UHGV virus genome: UHGV-1364187
DNA from: a virus
Direction: 5' to 3' (one strand)
Length of the DNA: 64,000 bases
Below are positions 47,073 through 58,500 of the stretch, piece after piece. The position numbers and the translations under genes are program-made. Every line of letters starts with the position of its first letter. Positions within the stretch are counted from its first letter, which is position 1. The notes below the pieces were generated by a model that was given only the letters and a program-made list of their open reading frames with translations, was not told the DNA's origin and searched no databases.

Positions 47073-47405
47073 ATGATTAAAGAGATTAAGATTGGTGGAA
47101 TTAGAAGAACAAGATGTGGGTATTATATCTTAAATATTAATGGTGATAATATTTGTTATATCTTTGATGATTCAGAACGTTATAATAAGATTATTATGTA
47201 TAGAAATATTGAAGATATTCCTTCATTATTATCTATTAAAAGTTCTGGAACTAATATTATTTCTATTAAAGGTATAGCTATAAATACAAAGAATAAAACA
47301 ATTATAATACAAACAAAAACTAAAACATATTGTATTAAACCAAAAGAACATAATAAATTAACATTTGAAGACATGTATGAAAGATTAGAAAGGATGTGTA
47401 AATAA
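47073..47405 (+). CDS. small protein, paralogous to the N-terminal domain of the NrdG fusion protein
   Basis: Starts MIKEIKIGG after aaaggagagtg and shares MIKEI...EDIPS...GIAINTK..I.QT...YE.L.R with residues 1-110 of the next gene. The ORF-track start is a GTG 9 nt upstream. Confidence 0.5.
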   Translation: MIKEIKIGGIRRTRCGYYILNINGDNICYIFDDSERYNKIIMYRNIEDIPSLLSIKSSGTNIISIKGIAINTKNKTIIIQTKTKTYCIKPKEHNKLTFEDMYERLERMCK

Positions 47406-48235
47406 TGATTAAAGAGATATCACAATTCACAATTAAACTTGTAGAAAAAGACACATATGGAGAGACATATAATGTTCTTAATAGAAAGGATATTACAATA
47501 TGTACTCTATATAAATCTAAATTAGGAACAGTTAGAGTATATTTATCAGAAGATAAATATGTTAGTGTATATGTATTTGATGAAGATATACCATCTATAG
47601 ATAAACTCATTACTGGTATTGCGATCAATACAAAAAGAAATAATATTATACTTCAAACTAATGAAAGAATAATTTCATTTAGACAAACTGATAGTGTATA
47701 CGAACAACTTATGAGATATGTTTCTAATTCATATAAATTACAAGTTGCAGGATTTTATGATAATAGTTCAGTTAATGGACCTGGATTAAGATCTGTTTTA
47801 TTTGTATCTGGATGCAAGTTTAATTGCCCAGATTGTCAAAATAAAGAAGCTCAATCTATGACCTATGGAGATAAAGTGAGTGTAGGTGAAGTTGTAAAAA
47901 GAATTAAATCAAATATCCCAATTATAGATGGCGTTACATTAAGTGGTGGAGAACCAACGTTACAATCAGAAGCATTATTAGATTTAGTAAAAGATTGTAA
48001 GAAGTTAGGTTTAAATGTTTGGATGTACACTGGAGATAAATATGAAAATCTTATGAAAGATCCAGTAAAATCTAAATTAGTTAAATCAGTTGATGTATTA
48101 GTAGATGGAAGATATGTAAAAGAATTAAATGATCCTAATCTATTGTATAGGGGAAGTTCTAATCAAAGAATTATTGATGTATCTAAATCTACTGTAGATG
48201 ATATTGTATTATGGGATGAAAGTGAGGACTTTTAA
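47405..48235 (+). CDS. nrdG: anaerobic RNR activating protein NrdG (radical SAM) fused to a ~110-aa N-terminal domain of unknown function
   Basis: Residues ~112-276 are VNGPGLRSVLFVSGCKFNCPDCQNK (CxxxCxxC) ... GVTLSGGEPTLQ ... VWMYTGDKYENL ... VLVDGRYVKELNDPNLLYRGSSNQRIID, collinear with E. coli NrdG. RBS gaaaggatg at the first ATG. Confidence 0.8.
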   Translation: MIKEISQFTIKLVEKDTYGETYNVLNRKDITICTLYKSKLGTVRVYLSEDKYVSVYVFDEDIPSIDKLITGIAINTKRNNIILQTNERIISFRQTDSVYEQLMRYVSNSYKLQVAGFYDNSSVNGPGLRSVLFVSGCKFNCPDCQNKEAQSMTYGDKVSVGEVVKRIKSNIPIIDGVTLSGGEPTLQSEALLDLVKDCKKLGLNVWMYTGDKYENLMKDPVKSKLVKSVDVLVDGRYVKELNDPNLLYRGSSNQRIIDVSKSTVDDIVLWDESEDF

Positions 48236-48293
48236 TGAGAACTTATACTATTCATTATTTGATTAAAAGTGAATATATTTTATAATTCTGAAT

Positions 48294-48310
48294 TGTAATA
48301 GTTTATTACA
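48294..48310 (+). promoter_or_regulatory. palindrome TGTAATA-GTT-TATTACA, 33 nt upstream of the small gene
   Basis: Perfect 7-bp inverted repeat. A near-identical copy lies at 48496..48512. Confidence 0.45.
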
Positions 48311-48342
48311 TGTAGAACATAAGTGTAAAGGAGGAGTTATTT

Positions 48343-48483
48343 ATGAATACCAAAAATAACGATTCTAAGACAAAATTTATAGACGAGTTAATGAAAATGT
48401 CTAAAGATGATATAGAAGAATTAATATCATCTAAAGGTAAACCAAGAAAACTTATTAAACCAGCATTTATTGTTCGAAAATAG
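48343..48483 (+). CDS. small basic protein (46 aa); not in the supplied ORF track
   Basis: Strong RBS aaaggaggagttatttATG. MNTKNNDSKTKFIDELMKMSKDDIEELISSKGKPRKLIKPAFIVRK, ending TAG. Confidence 0.45.
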   Translation: MNTKNNDSKTKFIDELMKMSKDDIEELISSKGKPRKLIKPAFIVRK

Positions 48484-48495
48484 GTTAAATTATGT

Positions 48496-48512
48496 AGTAA
48501 TAGTTTATTACA
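48496..48512 (+). promoter_or_regulatory. palindrome AGTAATA-GTT-TATTACA, 51 nt upstream of the 166-aa gene
   Basis: Matches 16 of 17 positions of the copy at 48294..48310. Confidence 0.45.
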
Positions 48513-48562
48513 CATATAACTTAAATGTAATCAAATTATTGAAAATCAAGGAGGAATTAATT

Positions 48563-49069
48563 ATGTCAGAAGTATTAAAATTAACACAAGAAATTAAAGA
48601 AGGATTAACACAAACAAGCTCAAGTGTAAAAGATGAACAACGTTTTATGAGAACTATGCTAAATGACCGAGAATTTGTTGTTGACCAATACAGTAAAGGT
48701 GAAGTTGTAGGACAAATTTGCCCAGCTCAAGAAGCAAGAGACATGTTAACAAGTGTTATCGCATCAGCTACAAAAATTCCACAAGCAGAAGCTGCACAAT
48801 TAGCAGAAGCTCATGAATTCAAAAATGCTGAAGCTACAAATATGATCAATGTATCAAAATCATTTATTAACTTATATCTTAATACAGGTCGTAAATTACC
48901 ATTAGGTGGAACAATGGATGTAGCACTTTCTCAAAAACATATTGAAGAAACACAACGTCCATATCCAAAACGTGTTGGTGTTGATGATCAAGGTAATTCA
49001 ATTTACACAACAGGTCTTGCACCAGTTCCAGCACATGATACAATCAAAGTGCACAATCCAAAATTCTAA
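48563..49069 (+). CDS. abundant late protein candidate (166 aa), possible virion component
   Basis: Start at MSEVLKL after atcaaggaggaatt; the ORF-track start at 48470 has no RBS. Higher GC and a biased codon set (gct/gca/cgt/ggt). Strong terminator immediately downstream. Confidence 0.5.
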   Translation: MSEVLKLTQEIKEGLTQTSSSVKDEQRFMRTMLNDREFVVDQYSKGEVVGQICPAQEARDMLTSVIASATKIPQAEAAQLAEAHEFKNAEATNMINVSKSFINLYLNTGRKLPLGGTMDVALSQKHIEETQRPYPKRVGVDDQGNSIYTTGLAPVPAHDTIKVHNPKF

Positions 49070-49074
49070 CAAAT

Positions 49075-49100
49075 AAGTAGGTACTTAAATGTACCTACTT
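49075..49100 (+). terminator. rho-independent terminator
   Basis: 10-bp stem aagtaggtac/gtacctactt, then attttatttttt. Confidence 0.7.
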
Positions 49101-49129
49101 ATTTTATTTTTTGAGAGGATGTGTTTATT

Positions 49130-49552
49130 ATGATTAATGGAGTTGTTGAAATTAGAGATTATAGGATAGAACAATCAGAATTATTATATAAGACTCTAAA
49201 AGTCTATAATATAATAGACAATGTATCTAATCGATCTATATTCTCAGTACATATTAATCATAATAGAGTTATTATGCATACTTTATTTTCTAAAGAGTCT
49301 ATAACACTAGATATTAATATAGACAATATTAACGATATAAGAAAACATATTAAACATATAAAACTAGAATATAAAGATGACAAATTCTTTGTATATATTA
49401 ACGATATAAAAGTAAGTGTACTGAATGTAAGTCTGTATAGAAATATGTATAAAATGAATAGTAAAAGAGTAGGGTATTACCCTACTCTTTTACTATTTGT
49501 CCAAAACTCCACATTTACTAGGAATAACACTATAGTAATCGAAAGGAGGTAA
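49130..49552 (+). CDS. hypothetical protein (~140 aa)
   Basis: Start taken at MINGVV after gagagga. Confidence 0.45.
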   Translation: MINGVVEIRDYRIEQSELLYKTLKVYNIIDNVSNRSIFSVHINHNRVIMHTLFSKESITLDINIDNINDIRKHIKHIKLEYKDDKFFVYINDIKVSVLNVSLYRNMYKMNSKRVGYYPTLLLFVQNSTFTRNNTIVIERR

Positions 49553-49557
49553 TCTAT

Positions 49558-52500
49558 ATGGCACAAAGAACAAGTTTAACAAAATATGCAAAGAATTTAG
49601 TAAAATCAACTAAATATGCTACTGTTGATGTTGTAAAGGAATTAATGCCAAGTGCAACAGATTTTATGGAAACAAATAATGAATTATTTAAAGATATTAC
49701 GTCTAATATACGTAATAGACGTGTTATTTTTAAAAGAGTAAACGATAAAGTTACTCAATCAAAAATCTATGAAACTGTAGATGAAGCTAGAAAAAATATC
49801 ATAGAAGATATAAAATCTGGTAATTTATATAACAAAGATCCAATCAGAGAAAGACGTATTAATAAAAAATCTGGTATGGAGAGTATGTTAGGTGGATTTG
49901 ATGATTTTAGTGATTTTGAGTTTGAAATGGATGATTCATTCGAATTTGAAGATAGTGATAATGCCGAATTAGCTGATGCTTTTGATGATTCTAATAGAAC
50001 AACATCAGAAATGATCGCTAATACAATTGCAAAAACATCATCTAATCAGATCCAATCACAAAGAATATCAAGCCAGATGACAATGATGCAATTACAAGAA
50101 GGATTTACATTAGTAAATTCAAATCTTGGTGGAATAGGTAATGCTATTTCTGAATTAGGGAATACTATGTCATCTATTCAACAAACTAATGCTGAAAATG
50201 CAAAAACTTATTACGAAAAATCTACTGACTTGCAAGCTAATATGGTATCATATCTTAAAGAGTTAGTAGATATGAAAAAATCTGAAATGGGATTAGATGC
50301 TAAGAAAGATACATCTCGTGGACCTAAATCATATAATGACATAACTACATATGAAGGTATGCCTGATCTTAGAGCATATGGTAATATATTAGCTAGTAAA
50401 TTAAATGATAATTTATCAATGATTACAGGTCTTAATGAAATGGGTATCGAAGGTGGAAACATGTCAATGCAATTTGCTATGTCACCACTTGCATTTCTTC
50501 CTAAGATGGTTGTAAAGAAGGTTATGGGAGTAGCTGTTCAAAATTCAGCAAAAGCTTTAGATAATACATTATCAAATATATTTGGTACATTCATATCTGC
50601 TATGAATGATATGGCTGATAATTCTGGATATATGTCAATAAAAGGAATGATAGGACGATTCTTTGGTTTAAATGACACTGTAAAAGATGAACGTAGTATA
50701 AGAACAGACTATGATAAAGGAAATAAATCATGGAATGGTAAAGCCGAAAAAGCATTAACTGAAGTAATTCCTACATTAATTTCTAAAATTTTAGCTGTAG
50801 TATCTGGAGCAAATGAGATGACATATAACTACGATAATGGTAAATTTACTACAGTAAAACAATTAAGACAAGATGTAAAAAATAGAACTACTAATGAAAT
50901 GAATAGTGCATTTTATGATATAAGAAATAAAATGGACGAAATGATGAGATCTATTAATTTTGATTTTTCTGATGAAGACACTAAAGCATCATTTGAAAAA
51001 GATTATAATAGATTCTTTGAATATTTCTTTAAATCTAATAATAGATTTAATCCAAATAAGAAAAACTATGAAGATTATGATGGTCTTGGTATTGATAGAG
51101 GTAATTTTGAAATTATATCTACATTGTTTGAAAGACTAGATCCATCATTAAAAATGTCTATGGATAGTAAAAAAATAAGAGCTAGAGGTGCTATTAATGA
51201 TTATATTGATAAATTAGGACAGAATAGTCCAGTATATACTATCCTTAATAATGATTCAAAATTAACAGATGTCGATAAATCTGTAGATGGAAAATCTGGA
51301 GGGTTATTAACAGCATCTAAAGATTCATTAGGACATGACATATTCTGGTTTTTGGATAATATTCTTAAATCTATTAGAGATTTAAATCCAGATTCTGAAT
51401 ATAATGTAAATGGAAAGAAACGTAAAAAGAAAAGAACTAAAAATATAACTTCAACTCCTATTGTTCCATCTTCAGATAAAACATCTTCTGCTGGAAATAG
51501 GAAGAGATATGTTAGTCCAGATGCTCTTACTGCAGAATCTATATTATATAATAGAGCAGAGGGTACTACTATATCTGGTATTATTAATAATAGATTGGAT
51601 ATTGCTGACGAACAGAGAAAATTGGAGGAAGAAGAAAAAACATCTATTATTGATGATTTATTAGACTCACCATCTTTACCAGCGAAAGCTAAAGCTTTCA
51701 TGAAAAGAATGAAATCTACTAAAGAAGGTGCTAGAAATGGTATATCTGGACTTTTAGATACTGTAAATCTTAAGATATATCAAGCTATGTATGGTAATAA
51801 AAAATATAAAGGTAAGGATGTAAATGGTATTATAGGAGTAATGATGGAAAATATCGAAGAATCATTCACCAAGTTCAATACATTCTTAGATGAAAAGATC
51901 TTATCTCCATTGAAAGAAAAGTTAGATGAACAAGGTGGAATTAAAGGTATTCTTAAAAACACATTAGGAATAGATGTTGATTCTATTAAAGAAAGATTCT
52001 TTGGTAAAGATACTCTTTTTGGTAGAACTGTTCAATCTATTAAAGATAATTTTAAATCTGCTTATGAGTATTCTAAAGGAGCTGTAAAAAACACATACAA
52101 TGAAATCTATGATAAATTAGGTGGAAATAGATACAATAGTAGATTCAATCGTGTAATGAACACTATTAAATATGGTAAGAAAAATACACAAGGTATGTTT
52201 ATTGTAGATTCAGATGGACAACTTAATATACTTAATCAAGTAAAAAAAGTTAAACCTTCAAATGTTACAGAAGATGGAAGATTAAACACTCAAGAAGAAG
52301 CTTCATCTGTTATGGAAGGACAAATGAGTTTCTTACCAAAAGACGAACAACAAGCTATAAAAGAAGCTGCAAATAATATGAATGTTCCAGTAGAAAATAT
52401 TGCAGATGCAATCAATAAAGGTAATATCGAAAAATATGCTAAAGGTGGAAATATTCATAAAACTAAAATTGTTATGGTTCATGATGGAGAAGAAATCATT

Positions 52501-55500
52501 ACCAAAGAAGAAAAACGTAAGAGAGATAGAGAAAGAGCTTATGATCTAAGAGTTAAAAATAACATAAATAAACTAAATACTGAAATGAGCGAAGATTTTG
52601 TTGGGCCTTTACCTTTAAAAGATCAAAAAATAAAAGATTTCTTATCTGGAATTAATGAAGAAAACCTTGGAACTATTAAAGATTCTTTAGGAAAAGATTT
52701 TAAAGCTACTACTGTAGAAACTTTAAGACAGGAAATTATAGAAGCTGTTGGTCATAAAAAAGGTGATCCTACATTAATGGAAACCATGAAAGACACTGCA
52801 TCTGATGGAATAAATAAAGTAATGTCAGTGTTATTTGGTACAGATGAAAATGGTGATGAAAAAGCTGATGATCTTAAAGAACGTGGAAAAGCTGCAATGA
52901 AAGATATTATGGGTAAATTTAAAGAATATCTCCCATCTGGAATATCTGGTGCATTAATTGGTACTCTAGCTGGTGGTGTTGTTGGTATGCCTATGATTGG
53001 TGCAGCATTGGGTTCATCTATTAATCTTATTAGAAAATCAGATAAACTTCAATCATATTTATTTGGAGATTTAGATGAAGAAGGTAAGAGAATAGGTAAT
53101 GGTAAACTTCCAACCAAATTTGTAGATGCTATGAATAAATATGGTCCAGATATGAAAAAGTACGGTATTACAGGTGCAATTACATCTATTTTACCTTTTG
53201 TTCCTGGTGGTCCTGTTGCTGGATTATTATTAGGAGCAGGTGTTGGGTTTGCTAAAAATAACGCTAAAGTACAAGACTTCTTATTTGGAGATATGGGCAT
53301 ATTAAAAGGTCTTAAAGGTAGTGGTGAGAAATTAAAGAAAGCTTTACCTAAAATGGGTCTAGGTGCGGCTGCTTTAGCATTAACTGGTCCATTCGGTTTA
53401 CTTGGTAATGCTATGCTTGGTGCTGGTGCAGGATTTGTTACTCAAACAAATAAATTCCAAGAATTTATGTTTGGTAAAGATGGTAAAGATAAAGATGGTA
53501 ACCCTATTAAAGTTGGTGGATTTTTACCAATGATTAGGGATAGAGTAATCAACCCTATTAAAGAATTTGGTTCTACATTAGGTGATAAAGTTAAAACTTT
53601 TGTAGATGAAGAAATAAGAAAACCATTTCATAAAGCAATGAGTCCATTTATAGAAGAATTTAAATACCAAGGTAAGAGATTGTTTGATGGTATAAAAGAT
53701 TCTATCAGTGGAGCTATTAATAATGTATTTGAAAAGTCAGTTGGTAAACCATTAAATGAACTTATCGAAGATAAGATTGTAAAACCAATTACAGGATTAT
53801 TTAAGAAAGTATTTAACTTTTTAGGAGGTATTGTTGGTGGTATTCTTAAATTCCCTACTAAAATCATGTCAGGAGCTGCAGACTCTTTAAGAATTAAACA
53901 TTTAAAACAAGGTCGTGCTGATTATATGTCTGATGAAGAATTAGGTGAATTAAAAGAAAAGAAACCATTTGATTATTTAATGGCTACATCAGGACAACGT
54001 TTCATAAATGCACTTAATGAACGTGGTTTATTTGGTTCTATGAAAGATTTATTTACTAGAGATAAAGATGAAGTTGTTACTGACGAGGAATCTGTTAAAG
54101 AAAAGAAACCTACATTCAGAGAAAAAGTATCAGGAATAGTAGCTAAAGGTTTAGATTCTTATAATGCTAAAAGATTAGCTATTACAGAAAGAGTATCATC
54201 TGGGTATGCTAATACTAAAGAAGAATTAAGAAATGCTAAACAAAATCTTAAAACAAAAGCTTATCAAGCTGCAATGAATGCAACAGATAAATTATCAGCT
54301 AGTATTGAAGCTGGTAATAGGTATTCTAAAGTTTCTTCTTATAGGGAATCAGAAACAGAAAGCGAGGGAGACTCGACTGGTTCTTCAGAGAAGCGTGTTG
54401 ATCTTAGAACTAGAACACCTAAAATTAAATCTGTAAAAACACAAAATGTAAGTTTAGTAAATCCAGAAGTTGATGCTTTGAAACAACAAGTAAAACAATT
54501 AACCACCGAGCTTGCAGTAATGCAAAAAGAAAAAGAAGAAAATAAAGATACATCTTCAGACAAATCATCAGAATATATCAAAGATATAAGAGATGAGGTT
54601 AGAGGGCAATTAGATGGAGTTGGATACAATATCCATACGATTGCTAATATACTAGTAGAACAATTCGGTATGCCTAAGATTAAAGCTACAGGTGCTAAAG
54701 TATCTCGTGGAAATCTTAAACGAAAATTATGGTTTGAGAGAATGTTTGGATTTATTCTTAATCCTGTTAGAAAAGTTAAAGATAGTATTCATAATCTATT
54801 CTGGGGTAAAGATGGTAATGGTGGTTTATTAGGCACTCCAATGAGATGGGTTAAGAAAGGATTTGAAAAAATAGGTAATATTGGAACATTAATTGGAAAA
54901 GGATTAGCTGGTATACTAAATATTGGTTCAGGTATTGTTCATGGACTTGGTATATTAGGTGGTATCTTTAAAGAAAGTTTAGCTGCAATAGCTCCAGCTA
55001 TTGGAAGTTTATTAAAAGGTGCAGTTAAAGTATTAACGTTACCTATCGATTTATTATCAGGTGCAATATCAGGTCTTGGTAATATGCTTGGTGGATTAGC
55101 TAATGGTATTGGTATTCTTGCTGGAAAAACTATTGAACTTGTTTCTTTAGTTCCATCATTAATTACTAATATTGGTAAACTGACTATTGAAGTTGGTAAA
55201 TTTGCATTCAAATTAGTTAAGAAAGGTGCAGAACTTATAACAGCTCCAATAAGATGGATGGCTAATGGTATTATTGATATATTTAGAGGAAAAAATAAGA
55301 AAAATAAAAAGAAAGAAATCAAGCATATTATAGAAGGTGGTTTCTTAGATAAAATCAAAGAACCTATCGATATTAGTGGTGAACAAGATAGACATGATAA
55401 ATTATTATCTTTCTTTGATGATAAATTTAATAAATTATTTGATTTATTAAGTGGAACTGATAATAAAAAGAAATCTATTACAAATAATATTACTAATAAA

Positions 55501-58500
55501 GAAGAAATAGAAGAAGATAAACCAAAATTATCTACTGAAGAATTACAAAAGATGTCATTTAGTGATTATATTAGATCTGGTCAAAGTATGTCTCTTGATG
55601 ATTTAGAAAGATATGCAGACGCAAGAAAGAATCTAATGACTACTGTTAAAAAACCAGAACAACCTGCTAATAATGGAGATGTATTGAAAAAATCTTTATA
55701 TGATATTATCAATGATAATAGAGCAGGAATGAAACCATCATATGATAAACCACTAAATGTTCAAACTGAAGAACAAATTAATATGCCTACTGAATTTGGT
55801 GTTATTAGATATGATAAAGATACTTCTGGTGAATTAAGACCAGTACAAGACTCAGTGTATACTCAGTATAAAGAAAATCAAGATAATCTTGCTGAACACA
55901 ATTCAAAAATGTTCAATCTTCTTAATACTGGAGATGCAGAGGATGACGGTAAATCTACTAAGAAAGAATCTTGGATTTCTAAGATTGCTAAAAATATTGG
56001 TAGTGTATTAATGGGTGGTACTCTTCTTAAAGTTGTTGGTGCAGGTTTAATGGCTGGTGCTGTATATGATCTAGCTAAGAATGGAGAAAATTCATTTGTT
56101 GGTAAATTTGTTTCTTTCTTTAGTGATAAAGTTTTACCAAAAATAGTAGATTTTACAATAAATACAGCAATTCCAGTATTAACAGATGCATTACTTTCTC
56201 TGTCAGAAATGATATTAGATAGAGTTACAAATCCACAAAAATATTCAAATCCAGATCATGAATTATCAAAAGCTAATGCGAAAGCTAAACTCAGTGATGG
56301 ATCTTATATTACTGATGATGGAGTTTATGATAAAAATGGTAATTGGATAATGCAATCATATACACCTACCACAACTGGTTCATTAATAGAAAAAGGTTGG
56401 AATAAAATAGCTGGAAATAAAATAGAATCATGGGCAAAAGATACATTCGGTGAGAATTCAATAGGAGCTAGATTATTTTCAACAAATGTATTATCAACAA
56501 CTATAGATGATAAAGAGATAGAAAATGTTTCTCATAAAAATTCAGAAACAACAAAAACTAATAAAAACAAAGAAGAAACAATGTCAGATAGTGAGTTCTT
56601 TTCTAAAGCTATATTTGGCAAAGGTAAAAAGAAATATGGTCTAGGTGAATCATTCTTCTCACAAAATGATCCTAGATGGAGTAATTTACCATTTAATACT
56701 GAAAATGATACAGAAGCTCAAACTATTGCAGATTCTGGTTGTGGTCCAACAGCCGCAGCTATGGTAGCTGATCAATACGGAAGAGCTAATCCAGTAGAAG
56801 CTTCAGCTTTCGCTTTAAATAATGGATATAAAGAACAAAATGGTGGTACTGATCCTAGATTCTTTAAAGATTATTTCAATAAAAAAGGTATTGATAGTGA
56901 TATTGATACAGATATTGATACTAATTCTGATAAGAAATTATCTATTATTAATAATCTTAGAAAGAATAAACCTGTTGTATTAATGGGTAAATCTAAAGGT
57001 GGTAATACACCATATGGTAAAGAATATCCACATTATGTTGTAGCTACTGGAATGAGAGGCGACAAGATTCAAATTAATGATCCCAACTCTAATCATGGTG
57101 GAGAATTATACGATGCTAATGATACACTTAGATCTTCAACTATAAGCGTAAAAACTGGCAGAGGTAAGAAATCTAAATATGGTAGAGTAAATATGCAAGC
57201 TATGCTTGACACAACAATGAATGTTGCTGGAGCTGTATCAGGTGCAGTTATGCCTACATCTAGTACATCATCAGTAGCTAGAACGGTAACAAATAACTTC
57301 AGTAGTGCTAGTGGATTTGCAACATCATCAGATGGATCTTTAACAGAAGGTAAAAGTGCACTTAATTTCGTAACAGATTTAGGTACCACATTTACTAAAG
57401 CTATCGGTGAATTCTTTGGTGTTGATATGTTTTCTAGTAATACTGCTAGTAGAGATGTTGGTTCCTATGGTTCTATGGGAGGTTCTGTACAAGTAGGTAC
57501 GGCAGGTCAATGTTTTGATGCTAACGTTGCAGCTCAAGTTATCAATGATTTCTTTAAAAATAGTCCTAAACTTAGTGGAAAAGGTGCTACTATTGTATCT
57601 ATTGCTCAACAAGCTTGTCATAAAAGTGCTAATGGACAAAATCCTGGTATTGATCCATTCATTCTTGCAGCTATTATGATGCAAGAAACAGGAGGAAATT
57701 CTAATGCATTAAATAACAAGAATAACCCTGGTGGTGTTAAGGGAAGTAATGGATTACAAGTATTTAGTACAATTGAAGATGGTATTATGGCTGTTGCTAA
57801 GATTATCCATAGAGAATGGGTAGTTAATGGTAATAGCAGTATTGCTGGATTAGGTAGTATTTATTGCCCAGTAGATGCTGCAGATGATCCTAATGGATTA
57901 AATAAAAACTGGGTTGGAGGAGTAACCAAATTCTATAACCAGTTAGTACAAGCAGCTATAGCTGCAGGAGGTTTATTAGGTACTTCTGATAATATGGCTA
58001 TTAGTAATATGGGAACAGCTAATAATGTTGCAATACAAATTGTACGAATAGCTAAATCATATATAGGCAAAGTTAAATATGTATTTGGTGCAGAAACTCC
58101 AGATAAAGGTGTATCTGACTGTTCTGGATTTACTCAAGCTGTATATAGAAAAGTAGGTCTTGCTATTGGTAGAAATACTGAAGCACAAATTACTAATAAA
58201 AATATTGTAAAAGTTAGTGATTCATACAACTTTAAAGCTCAACCTGGTGATTTAATATTCTTCAAAAACACTTACAATTCTGGATATATTTATGGTGTAT
58301 CTCATGTTGGTATTTGTACTGGAGAAGGAACAAAATTTATTGAATGTAATAGTAGTAAGGGTGTTTGTGTAAGTGATTATACTAGTAACTATTGTAAGAA
58401 ATATTTCTTAATGATTAAACGTCATACTGCATGTGTCGACAAGAATGCTATGTATAAGACATCTCAAGCACAACAAACTGCTAAAAAAGCAAATACTACA

